Below are positions 9,301 through 17,589 of a DNA stretch of 64,000 nt, piece by piece (position 1 is the first letter of the stretch; the number at the start of each line of letters is the position of its first letter). This DNA is from an uncultured bacterium (GTDB lineage: Bacteria; Verrucomicrobiota; Verrucomicrobiia; Verrucomicrobiales; DEV007): NCBI GenBank assembly GCA_963977015.1, contig CAXBMO010000027.1, positions 23,733-87,732 on the forward strand. Direction: 5' to 3'. The notes under the pieces were generated by a model. That model did no database searches, had not been told where the DNA came from, and was given only the letters and a program-made list of their open reading frames with translations. The position numbers and the translations under genes are program-made.

Positions 9301-10632
9301 ATGCAACAGGCTGCCCAGGAGGCGATGCAACAAGCCGCGCAAGAGTCCGGACAGCAGCCCAATTCGGAGATGCGAAAAGCGATGGAGCAAGCGGCTGAGG
9401 CGGCGGCTGAACAATTGGCGGGCGAGCCGATGTCATCCGGGCAATTTGAAGAGTTGATGGAAGCCGCCGCTGAGCAAATGGCGCAGGCTGGTGAGAATGC
9501 GACTTCCGAGCAAATGGCGCAAGCTGCTGAAGAGATGTTCGAGCAGGCGGCCGCGGCCCAGCCTCCGCAGGCACCGGCGGGAACCAATTTGGACGGCGAA
9601 GCTCAGCCATCGGCCGAGATGGCGGCGGAGTTGCAGGAGCTGGCTCAGCGTCAGGAAGCGGTTTCGGAAGCGCTGAACTCCATTCAGTCCGGACAATTGG
9701 AGGACGCGCTTGCCGCGATGCAGGAGGCGCTCTCTGCCGAATCACAAACGTTGGCCCAGGAAGCCGAGGCGCTGTCAAAGGCTGCGGAAGCGGCGGAGCA
9801 GGGACAGGCGCGCTATGATGCTCAACAGGCGGAGAACAGTTTCGAGCAAGCCATGAAACAGGCACAGTCCGCCTCGGAGCAACTTGCGAAAGCGCAGCAA
9901 TCCCAGGACCAAAGTCAGGCTCAAGCGGCTCAACAAGCGGCCCAGGAAGCTGGACAACCGATGTCTTCGGAACAAGCGATGGCGCAGGCCCAACAAGGTG
10001 ACCTGCCGCCGGCGCAACCCAGTTCTTCAGAGCAGAGTGCGTTGAAATCCGGGAGTCAGGCCCAGGCGCAAAGCCAGAAAGCGCTGGAGAAAGCCGCGCA
10101 GCAGTTAAGCAAGGCCGCCCAGCAACTCAGTGACAAGGCGAACGCGCTTTCTCCGTCTCAGGATCAGGGCGAGAGCCAGGTGATGGACTCGCAGGAACTG
10201 GCGCAAAGCTTTGAGCAGGTAAGCCAGGCGGCTCAGGCCCAGGATGCGGCTCAGGCTGCGTCTCAGGCCATGAATGCGGCGAACGCGCTTCAACAAATGG
10301 CTCAGCAGGCGGCTGAGAACATGGGTGCGATGAGTCAGGCTGCTGCGATGGCACCTCCGTCCCTCCAAAATGGTCAACCGGGAGAGCCGTCGATGGCGGC
10401 GGAATCGCAGGAACTTAACGAGAGCGGAGAAGCCGGGCCTGCCGTCGATGCGAGTGGAGTTCCGCCGGAGATGGCAAAACTGGGAATCAGCGCGGAAGAC
10501 TGGGCGCGATTTCAGGGAACGCTGCAAAACGACATTACCAACCAACAGAGCGCCGGGGCACCGGAAGAGTATCAGGGACTCGTGAATCAGTATTTCCGGA
10601 TTATCGCAAAGGAGGCGCGCCGCACCAAATGA
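6391..10632 (+). CDS. Large membrane-anchored coiled-coil protein (DUF4175-like)
   Basis: Three N-terminal TM helices, ETRHPELQE..SSLEL motif, an Ig-like region (PEYTNLP), a long Q/E/A-rich helical tail and C-terminal PEEYQGLVNQYFRII. ATG at 6391 preferred over TTG at 6322. Confidence 0.75.
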   Translation: MSTASPAFSERNLRALPAPIVDKLRDLIARVRRIAITKGVFAVIATALISLLTIMAIDATVTIFSSAVRWSLTIGALVVTAVAAWWWVFRPATKRITLTNIARYVETRHPELQETISSSLELLASDDPNEIRGSEELIGEVVKSAVRDVGQVRSEEEFDTRPIRRAAMVAICFAGLLGLIFVIWPKPSTTLLTRAVAPFLQVGNAYADTLTVKPGHIRVPAGEDVSIEVSIRHKRLNRATVRRRDNEDAPEGVERMDFLSEDDDHVRTFVRTFPNVQKDFQYRVHAGAAVSQFYNVEVVPPPIIDTLTIRYEFPEYTNLPPVEGITETGEIVALENTLVTVTALTNRPMEAANLLIGTEPQAQRDRAPEDDPRELTWRFFLKRDQDEEWQIQLKDDYGFENQPIFYRLRSVRDQAPEITLTSPEARQLKLRPTEFLPISYIANEDFGFSAAELLVKIDGREPAEVLPQTLPSKNAEGWGGKAPFDLSSLDLERARSLTVHVRLSDNLPSHLKGAQKTVSEAIEIQLDRNSKPLVEQIFEAQEKEIRQTLEEAKRDLREAKSDNDQLQRELDREKEQVSPEALAKLDEARKEMIEAEEKLREISAKMEDTVFSERAREMAEIAEENVKPARESAEAIPLSDEHEERKAEADQVEEELEAALANIDEVLKNLGESKDEVEQVAELTELANEQRRLAQEATKQVQEQAAEDALTNAEQQSKNAEQRAREMQEWQKQQERVQDELGDMLRDDPEALREVLEAQNQRAEELAERAETLAEEQAQLKAATEQAAMPENAEALTEEIMKQLRKEQQQIAKRAEDLQQQMATENQSLEEGTKDAENAAKQLERNNLDRAEVAANEAAENFEQVADQAQREVAQQAIQEKVQDALEQAAESKTGQVPNPEMQEGIEQAAQAAAEQLANAPQPMSESQMQEALQEAAQNMAQAQAENPAATPEQLAQAAQEAFQEQAREAMQQAAQEAMQQAAQESGQQPNSEMRKAMEQAAEAAAEQLAGEPMSSGQFEELMEAAAEQMAQAGENATSEQMAQAAEEMFEQAAAAQPPQAPAGTNLDGEAQPSAEMAAELQELAQRQEAVSEALNSIQSGQLEDALAAMQEALSAESQTLAQEAEALSKAAEAAEQGQARYDAQQAENSFEQAMKQAQSASEQLAKAQQSQDQSQAQAAQQAAQEAGQPMSSEQAMAQAQQGDLPPAQPSSSEQSALKSGSQAQAQSQKALEKAAQQLSKAAQQLSDKANALSPSQDQGESQVMDSQELAQSFEQVSQAAQAQDAAQAASQAMNAANALQQMAQQAAENMGAMSQAAAMAPPSLQNGQPGEPSMAAESQELNESGEAGPAVDASGVPPEMAKLGISAEDWARFQGTLQNDITNQQSAGAPEEYQGLVNQYFRIIAKEARRTK

Positions 10633-11696
10633 GCCGAATCATCATTAGTTTTCTTGCCTTGGTCACGGCGTTTTCCGGACAAGTTCAGGCTCAGGGCGAG
10701 ATTGCTCAGAACGTCTTTTCTCAATACCGCGCCGAAGTTGATAAAGCGACGGATGCCGGACTTGAGTATCTCAAAAAGAATCAGCAAACCGAGGGGCATT
10801 TCCCGGGCCGACATGGCGATTCGACCGGGATCGTGGGATTGGTCGGAATGGCTTATCTTTCGAAAGGACATATCCCGGGATTTGGCCCGTATGGCGAGAC
10901 GATCGACCGCTGTATTGACTACGTTTTAAAGTATCAACAGAGCAACGGGCTCCTGGATCGGCGCGACACTTCTGGGCATGGCCCCATGTATGCGCACAAT
11001 ATCGCGACGCTGTTTTTGTCCGAAGTCTCCGGGATGGTTGATCCGGAGCGGCAAGACAAGCTCGATCCTGTTTTGGCCAAGGCGACGGAACTCATCCTGC
11101 GAGCTCAGGCGGTGTCGAAGAGCAAAGCATTTGTTGGTGGCTGGAGATACAAGCCGGATTCCCGCGATAGCGACCTCTCCTGCTCGGGATGGGCTCTCAT
11201 GAGTTTGCGCTCGGCAAAGCTCAATGGAGCGCCAATCCCCGATGAAGCGATTCAGAGCGCCGTCGAATACGTATTTGCCCGCCACGACAAACGCTTGGGA
11301 ACGTTTGGGTATACCGATACGCGTGGACACGCCGATTCTCTGACGGGGTGTGGTCTGTTGTGCCTCGAGCTGTGTGGATACCACGGTCACGAATCCACCT
11401 ATAAAGCCGGGGAATATATCTTGAACAACTTTCGTAATCTGCCGCGGAGTTCCCACGAATATTATGGGAATTACTACAACGCTCAGGGCATGTTTCAGCT
11501 GGGTGGGAAATACTGGGAGAAGTATGCGGAATGGATGTATACCTACTATATTCCCAAGCAGAAACCGACTGGCTCCTGGCACTCCCGTAGCCACGGAGAA
11601 ATTTACGGCACGGCGATGATGGTTCTTTCGTTTACGGTTCCGTATCGGCAATTGCCGATCTATCAACGAGACGAGACTGTCGACGAAGAGAGCTAG
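10629..11696 (+). CDS. Prenyltransferase/squalene-oxidase repeat (alpha/alpha-barrel) protein, exported
   Basis: Signal peptide; repeats such as LEYLKKNQQTEG, GGWRY..DSDLSCSGWALMSLRSA and QKPTGSW. ATGA overlap with the upstream gene. Confidence 0.8.
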   Translation: MSRIIISFLALVTAFSGQVQAQGEIAQNVFSQYRAEVDKATDAGLEYLKKNQQTEGHFPGRHGDSTGIVGLVGMAYLSKGHIPGFGPYGETIDRCIDYVLKYQQSNGLLDRRDTSGHGPMYAHNIATLFLSEVSGMVDPERQDKLDPVLAKATELILRAQAVSKSKAFVGGWRYKPDSRDSDLSCSGWALMSLRSAKLNGAPIPDEAIQSAVEYVFARHDKRLGTFGYTDTRGHADSLTGCGLLCLELCGYHGHESTYKAGEYILNNFRNLPRSSHEYYGNYYNAQGMFQLGGKYWEKYAEWMYTYYIPKQKPTGSWHSRSHGEIYGTAMMVLSFTVPYRQLPIYQRDETVDEES

Positions 11697-11896
11697 CGGA
11701 ATTGTTTTCGGGTTTTGGCTCAGTTCATTCGCGTCATCTGTCCACTGACTTCCGGGCCGGCGTATTAGAAGCGGGTTGGAGAACCTTGATCAAGAGGGGA
11801 GTAAGCCGATGGTCGGTATATTATTTAATAAATATTGAATTTCTGGTTATTGTTATTATGTTTTGCTGTTTCTAGAGGTTTTCTAGAGCCGCTTTC

Positions 11897-14113
11897 ATGA
11901 AATCCTACCTCTTCACCTGCTCAAGCTGCGGAACGCAAATGGCGTTTACGGAGAATCAGGCTGGTTTGGTGGGGCCTTGTGGGGGATGTGGAATCAATAT
12001 TGAAGCCCCTCTGCCGTTTCAATCGAAGTCGATACCAGTCGGAATTTCATCCAGCGAATCGGAGGAATTGGAACGGAGAAGGGCGGAGGAGCCAAGTCTC
12101 GGGAAGTTGATCACCCCCCAGGGCAACTTTGTCGCGCTGAGAGGTGAATACATTCGCTTTGGTTCAAGCATCAACTGTGATGTCGTGATTGCCGATTGCT
12201 ACGGAGTTTCCGACGAGCAATTTCGTCTCGCCGAGGATGATGATCGTCATATTCTCGTGAATCTTGCTCCCAACGAAAATCAGACTCGGGTGAATGCGAT
12301 GGCGGTTTGTGAACGGCCGTTGAAGGATCAGGACGTCATTTTCGCGGGACAGCTTCGCCTGACGTATCGTGCTCCCACGATTGGTAAAGAGGAGCAGAAG
12401 GTGAAGGAGACGAATCGCCAGAGCTATGCCCGGGCGGCCATCATTGGTGCGATTGCGTTGCTGTTGGTGTTCGTTATTGCGGACTTTGCCGGAAGTCCTA
12501 CTCCCGAAAGGAAGAAAACTCCGGAACGTTCTGCCCCGATCGTGATGCCTGGAAAGGAACCGAGGAAGCCAACGCCTCCTCCCGTTCGAACCGTGCCGCC
12601 TTCTCAGCCACTTCCCCCGCAGAATGCGGTTGCCGCGGCTTATCCGACAGTTTCACCCGGGTACACTCCTCCCGGTGTTGGTCCCAATGATAACAGTCTG
12701 CCCTACAACGTCGTTGCTGCTCCTGATCGTCAAATGGTTCAAAACGTCCGTCGATCGCAGGTTCATCAGGCGTCGTTTGATCATGTAACGCTTTACGAGG
12801 AGTCCGTCGTCAACCACTACGAGCAGGTCTTGGTCGATGCGTATCTCGCGAACGGCCACCGCAGTTGGAAGTGGGATCGAGAGGCAATCACGGCGTTGAA
12901 TCTCTTCGCCAGGATCTATACGGGAGAAGGAGTTGCCTTCAGTCGGAGCGACTTTGCCGCCTTAAAGAGAGCGGTAACCCATTGTATCCAGGCAGGGTGC
13001 CGGGATGCGGCGATTCTCCATGCGAAAGAGCGAATTCAAAGCACGGAATACGGACTCATTGCGAAAGCCGGAGATCCGAGTCCATCGCCAACCTTGGATG
13101 AACAGGTTCTCGCGGCCTATCCTGCTGAAGTCCGGGCTCCTTCTTATCTTCATAAAATGAAGATGAGCGCGGGAAGTGAAGATAAGAAATCAAAGGAAGC
13201 CATCATGGCGGAGCTGATTGATAGCACGGCAGAATGGAATGTGAACACCAATGATCCTTATCTCTCTACGGTGTATTGGGATCATGTAGAGCAGGCTACG
13301 ATCGCCGCCGTAAATGTGATGGAAGGGAAGACGAAGTCGGTCGTTAACCGTTTTGACACGTCTTTCAAGATGCATTCCGTTCCGCAGGAGGTTCGCGATG
13401 TCTTTCGGACAGCGGTGCCGGTTTGGTTGGCGTGGAACGACCGGGCCGAGAAACCGGATGACGAAGACGGCGATTTGGCGGAGCTGGGTTTGGCGAGAAA
13501 CCGTCTGGAGCAATTTTGGGATAATGGGCTCCAGATGCCGATCGTTCCCGAATTGATGCTCAAAGTTGCCCTGATGTCTGGTGAGAAGGAACTCTTCAGC
13601 CTGTGGTATGATCGCTCTATCATGTTGAATCCCGAGGATCCAACCCCTTACCGGCTCAAGGCTGAGTTTCTCAGCCCCAGCAACTACGGTGATGTTGCTG
13701 AACTAACCGCCTTTGCCGACTCGCTGATTGACGAAATGGATTCGCCCAACCTCCCGTGGTTGGGGCTGGAAGTTTACGCCAAGCTCAATGGTATGATCGA
13801 CAACGATTTTGCGAAGCGGACTGAGATCTGGAAGCGGGTTTCATCGACGTTCGACACATTCTTCAAACGTTATCCCGATGCGCATTTTCGCAAAGCGCAG
13901 CGGGCCGCCATATCCTGGGAACTGGGATACGAAGAGGAAGCGCGCGAACAGCTGGAGGAGACGGGGCTCGATTACGCCGCTTTCACCATTAACTTCAAGC
14001 CTGAGTTGCTGGGCGAAGAGTCGCCCCATGAGCAAATGATGAAGGACGTGGAGGAGGCGGAATTCAGAAACCGATTGGAAGGCGCGATTCTGGGGGGTGG
14101 GAAAAGAGGCTAA
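11897..14113 (+). CDS. Multidomain membrane protein: Zn-ribbon, degenerate FHA domain, TM helix, Pro-rich linker, helical C-terminal domain (DUF4034-like)
   Basis: CSSC..CGGC; FHA-like IRFGS..CDVVI...VS...QTRVN...LKDQDVIFAG; TM AIIGAIALLLVFVIA. Confidence 0.6.
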   Translation: MKSYLFTCSSCGTQMAFTENQAGLVGPCGGCGINIEAPLPFQSKSIPVGISSSESEELERRRAEEPSLGKLITPQGNFVALRGEYIRFGSSINCDVVIADCYGVSDEQFRLAEDDDRHILVNLAPNENQTRVNAMAVCERPLKDQDVIFAGQLRLTYRAPTIGKEEQKVKETNRQSYARAAIIGAIALLLVFVIADFAGSPTPERKKTPERSAPIVMPGKEPRKPTPPPVRTVPPSQPLPPQNAVAAAYPTVSPGYTPPGVGPNDNSLPYNVVAAPDRQMVQNVRRSQVHQASFDHVTLYEESVVNHYEQVLVDAYLANGHRSWKWDREAITALNLFARIYTGEGVAFSRSDFAALKRAVTHCIQAGCRDAAILHAKERIQSTEYGLIAKAGDPSPSPTLDEQVLAAYPAEVRAPSYLHKMKMSAGSEDKKSKEAIMAELIDSTAEWNVNTNDPYLSTVYWDHVEQATIAAVNVMEGKTKSVVNRFDTSFKMHSVPQEVRDVFRTAVPVWLAWNDRAEKPDDEDGDLAELGLARNRLEQFWDNGLQMPIVPELMLKVALMSGEKELFSLWYDRSIMLNPEDPTPYRLKAEFLSPSNYGDVAELTAFADSLIDEMDSPNLPWLGLEVYAKLNGMIDNDFAKRTEIWKRVSSTFDTFFKRYPDAHFRKAQRAAISWELGYEEEAREQLEETGLDYAAFTINFKPELLGEESPHEQMMKDVEEAEFRNRLEGAILGGGKRG

Positions 14114-14120
14114 CGCCGAT

Positions 14121-14525
14121 TCAGAGAGACGGTTGCTCGACACTGTCAATCTCCAGCAGAACTTCCCCCGTTCTGGGATCCAGGGCTCGCAGCGCATACG
14201 TCTCAAAATTGGGATCCGTGGCATAGCGCAAAAAATCGGGTTCTTCGCCGTCCAGCTTCCAGGTCTCCCGAGTCCATGGGTTGATGGGAAGTTCCTTGAG
14301 GAATCCAAAATCCGACAACACGCCAATCAGTTGGGATCCCGTCAATTCCTCCCGCGGAACGTAGCGCTCTTGATCCACGTGGTAGTCCTGCACGGCGGCC
14401 TGAATCTGGAGAAGCATCGTACGGGTTTGCTGTTCATGCCGAACCGACTGAACGCCCCGCAACAGCAGACTTCCAAGGCCCAGAACGAGGGCCGCGAGAA
14501 TCGAGATTCGGATCACCCAGTTCAT
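14121..14525 (-). CDS. Small membrane-anchored protein, pseudopilin (GspG)-like
   Basis: The ATG at 14525 overlaps the upstream stop (ATGA). Hydrophobic N-terminal helix, then IQAAVQDYHVDQERY and LPINPWT. Confidence 0.55.
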   Translation of the reverse strand: MNWVIRISILAALVLGLGSLLLRGVQSVRHEQQTRTMLLQIQAAVQDYHVDQERYVPREELTGSQLIGVLSDFGFLKELPINPWTRETWKLDGEEPDFLRYATDPNFETYALRALDPRTGEVLLEIDSVEQPSL

Positions 14526-15748
14526 GATTTCAGCCAAGGATTCCAGATTTCGTAACCGAAATAGTAGAAGCAGGAAAGGAGGAGCAGGCCAAGGAGCCAT
14601 GCATCCCGGCGATGAAAACCGTGGGGGTTCTTTTTGGTGAGGTCGAGCAGCAGGCCCGTTGGGCATCCGAACCGGCAATAGCCCATTGGGACAGCTGCCG
14701 AGAATGCAAGACTAACGACCGCCACGATGATCGTTGCCAGTCCGGCACCGCGTAGTGCCCACGCATCAAATGGCTCAATTCCGGCCAAATCGATTGGGAG
14801 TTTGAGGAAGACAACGGTCAATACCAGAACCAGGAGCAAACCGGGTAGGGCGAGAATTCCCCATTTTACGTCAGGATTGAGCCGGGGTCTGCGGTTGGCG
14901 GGGACCAGTTTCATCAGCCATCGTTGCAGATGTCCGTGTGGGCAGATGTGGGTGCAATAGACGGGATGTCCCGTTGCCCAGGGAATGATGAAGGCGATCG
15001 CCGCCAGGAAGACTAGGCCGGGAAGCGTTCGCCAGGGAATGCCATGCTCCATCCAGCTGGAAATCAGCGATTGAGCGAGCAAATCGCCGGAAACGAGCCC
15101 GAGATAAATCACGATGGCGACGTGAATCCAGGTTTTGCGGCGTTGAATTCGGGGATTACGCCAAAATGCGAGCAGCAGACCCGCCAATGCCGTGAGAATC
15201 AGGGTGGCGTCCTGCCAGCGAAAGTTGAAGGAAGGGCCGGTCCGGTTGAGACCTTCCGCCTTGGCGGCGCGAAGGAAGACACTGTTTGCGACAGCCTCGC
15301 TGGTTCGCGTGGCGCCCGAGACGCCGAAAACCTTCTCCTGATTGGCCAGTTCGCTCCAGGTTTGGCCATTCCAACGTTCCATAAAGAGATAATCCTTTGT
15401 CACGTCCTCAACGTGACTCGGTGTATCGTAACTGTGGCGGATGGAGAGCCCGAGAAGCGCATCGTTGGTATCGAACACCATCAGGACATCGCTGGGGCCG
15501 GAGTATCCATTGATGTCCCGGGAATGCGGCATGGTTCGAACCACATAGCCGATTTTCTTTTTCTTCTTGTTGTAGGCGTGAAATCCGCCGCGCGGACTCT
15601 TCACATCAACCATCAGCGTGTGGGTTTCCGGAAGAAACTCACGAACCTCTGAAGCAAGAATTGGGCGATCGCCCTCGGCGGTGACGCGGAGGTGATGGGC
15701 GTGGATCATCCAGCCAATGCTCAGTGCCGCGCCCAGCCGGAACAGCAT
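14522..15748 (-). CDS. FMN-binding + 4Fe-4S-binding membrane protein (NosR/NirI-like)
   Basis: Flavinylation motif VSGATRTS, GYSGP, two CxxxCP motifs (YCTHICPHG, YCRFGCPTG), EPF and several TMs. Start may extend to 15838. Confidence 0.75.
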   Translation of the reverse strand: MLFRLGAALSIGWMIHAHHLRVTAEGDRPILASEVREFLPETHTLMVDVKSPRGGFHAYNKKKKKIGYVVRTMPHSRDINGYSGPSDVLMVFDTNDALLGLSIRHSYDTPSHVEDVTKDYLFMERWNGQTWSELANQEKVFGVSGATRTSEAVANSVFLRAAKAEGLNRTGPSFNFRWQDATLILTALAGLLLAFWRNPRIQRRKTWIHVAIVIYLGLVSGDLLAQSLISSWMEHGIPWRTLPGLVFLAAIAFIIPWATGHPVYCTHICPHGHLQRWLMKLVPANRRPRLNPDVKWGILALPGLLLVLVLTVVFLKLPIDLAGIEPFDAWALRGAGLATIIVAVVSLAFSAAVPMGYCRFGCPTGLLLDLTKKNPHGFHRRDAWLLGLLLLSCFYYFGYEIWNPWLKS

Positions 15749-15848
15749 CGCCAGAGGAACCTGGATGGTCGGGCGAATGTTGCTTAAGCCGCGAAAAGAA
15801 ATCCTCCGCTTGATCGACGAGCCCTTATTGCCGGCCATTGACGATCCT

Positions 15849-16691
15849 TCAATCGTTGGATGGCGGCTGCATGTAGCTCACGAGATCGATCAGCGTTTTC
15901 CGCATGTCTTTGCGCCCGATGATAAGATCAACCAACCCATGTTCCTTCATGAACTCTGCGGTTTGGAAGCCGGGAGGCAAACTCTGGTGGGTCGTTTCCT
16001 TGACCACCCGCGGTCCGGCAAAGCCGATCATGCATTTCGGTTCGGCGATGATCACATCGCCGAGGGTTGCGAAGCTCGCGGTGACGCCGCCGGTTGTCGG
16101 ATGGGTCAAAACCGCGATGTAGGCCAAACCCGCTTGGTGATGGCGGGCCAGGGCGGCGCTGGTTTTACCCATTTGCATCAGGCTCAAAATCCCTTCGTGC
16201 ATCCGGGCTCCGCCGGAAGCGCTGAACAAGATGACCGGCCTGCGTTCAGCGGTGGCGGTCTCGATTGCGCGGGCTATTTTTTCGCCAACTACAGACCCCA
16301 TGCTCGCCCCGAGAAAGCGAAAATCCATGATGCCGACAACGACGGGATTTTCCCCGAGATCTCCACGGCCGGTGACGACAGCTTCGTGCAACCCGGTCTT
16401 TTCCTGGTACTTCGGAACTTTGTTGGCGTAGTCCAAGAATCCCAGAGGATCAATGCTGTCCAGGTTGGTGTCCATTTCCTGGAACGATCCGGCATCGAGC
16501 AGGCTGGCGATTCGTTCGGGCGCGGTGAGAATGAAATGATGGTCGCATTTGCCGCAGACTCGAAGGTTTTCCTCCAGTTCGAGTTGATGCAGCATGGCTC
16601 CGCAACTCGGACATTTTTGCCAGAGACCCTCAGGCATGTCCTTTTTCTTGTCGCCGATTCCTTTGATGGATGGTTTCTTAAAAATCCCCAT
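15849..16691 (-). CDS. accD: Acetyl-CoA carboxylase carboxyltransferase beta subunit
   Basis: LWQKCPSC..CGKC zinc finger, GASMGSVVGEK, SGGARMHEG, PTTGGVTASFA, GFQTAEF. Confidence 0.96.
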   Translation of the reverse strand: MGIFKKPSIKGIGDKKKDMPEGLWQKCPSCGAMLHQLELEENLRVCGKCDHHFILTAPERIASLLDAGSFQEMDTNLDSIDPLGFLDYANKVPKYQEKTGLHEAVVTGRGDLGENPVVVGIMDFRFLGASMGSVVGEKIARAIETATAERRPVILFSASGGARMHEGILSLMQMGKTSAALARHHQAGLAYIAVLTHPTTGGVTASFATLGDVIIAEPKCMIGFAGPRVVKETTHQSLPPGFQTAEFMKEHGLVDLIIGRKDMRKTLIDLVSYMQPPSND

Positions 16692-16713
16692 TTGGAGCAA
16701 AATTGTTAAAGTT

Positions 16714-17460
16714 TCACGATGTCACACTGGCTCTTGCGATAGTGATAACCGCGACTTTTGACGCGCTCGCGTCTTGTTTCAACACCTTTGCGCATTCATT
16801 GGCGGTTGATCCGGTCGTCATCACATCATCGACGAGCAAAATGTTGGCGTTTTTCAGCGCCTTTTGCTGCCATGCTAAGCGGCTTACGGCGAAGGCGTCC
16901 ACTAAATTCGTCAGGCGCTCTTTTCGTTCTAGGTGAGCCTGTGCAGAGGTGTAACGAATGCGGCGCAGGGCGTTGCAATGGCGAAATCCGCGATTCTGGG
17001 ACAGGAGCGTGCAAAGTTCCGCCGATTGATTGAAGTGGCGTTCCCGCTCTCGACGGGGATGCAGGGGAACCGGCACCAGCAGCCACCGGTCTTCCAAACG
17101 GAACCTGCGATCGCTCAAGCCGGCTTCGAGAAGGGTTGCGAGCAGGGGGCTCAAATGCATTTGCCGGCCGTATTTGAACGCATGAATCATCTCGCGAAGC
17201 AGGTCATTGGCGAGAAACGGTGCCCGGGCAAAGTCGTAAGCCGGCTTCGAGTCCCGGCAGCGGCGGCAGGTTGCACCGGCTTGGGAGCCTTCGACAAAGG
17301 GTTCGCAGCAAGTATCGCAAAACGGCGAGGGAAGTGGAGCGAGCCGCTTGGTGCAGTCGCCGCAAAGCCGGAGTTGGCCAGGTTCCCAATCTGGAGTGTC
17401 GCACCCCGGACACAGCCGCGGGTAAACGATGTCCAGCAGTCTGTTCGGCAAGATTGCCAT
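16714..17460 (-). CDS. comF: ComF family protein (double Zn-ribbon + phosphoribosyltransferase)
   Basis: N-terminal CxxC pairs, VPVPLHPRRERERHFNQS and LLVDDVMTTGST. Confidence 0.88.
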   Translation of the reverse strand: MAILPNRLLDIVYPRLCPGCDTPDWEPGQLRLCGDCTKRLAPLPSPFCDTCCEPFVEGSQAGATCRRCRDSKPAYDFARAPFLANDLLREMIHAFKYGRQMHLSPLLATLLEAGLSDRRFRLEDRWLLVPVPLHPRRERERHFNQSAELCTLLSQNRGFRHCNALRRIRYTSAQAHLERKERLTNLVDAFAVSRLAWQQKALKNANILLVDDVMTTGSTANECAKVLKQDASASKVAVITIARASVTS

Positions 17461-17589
17461 CGCCGGAGCCTAGGCCAAAAGATGCCGTCGCGTCAATCCT
17501 GGGATTCGTGGTCGGGGGTGCTTTCGATTGTGCAACGCCGTTTTTAGTCTCCATTACGCCGTGGCACGTAATCCCACATATTTCCGTTT

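Noticed and set aside
10629-11696. Squalene-hopene cyclase / terpene biosynthetic cluster
   Set aside because: Only 355 aa, exported and lacking the DXDD motif; it fits the PVC prenyltransferase-like repeat family.
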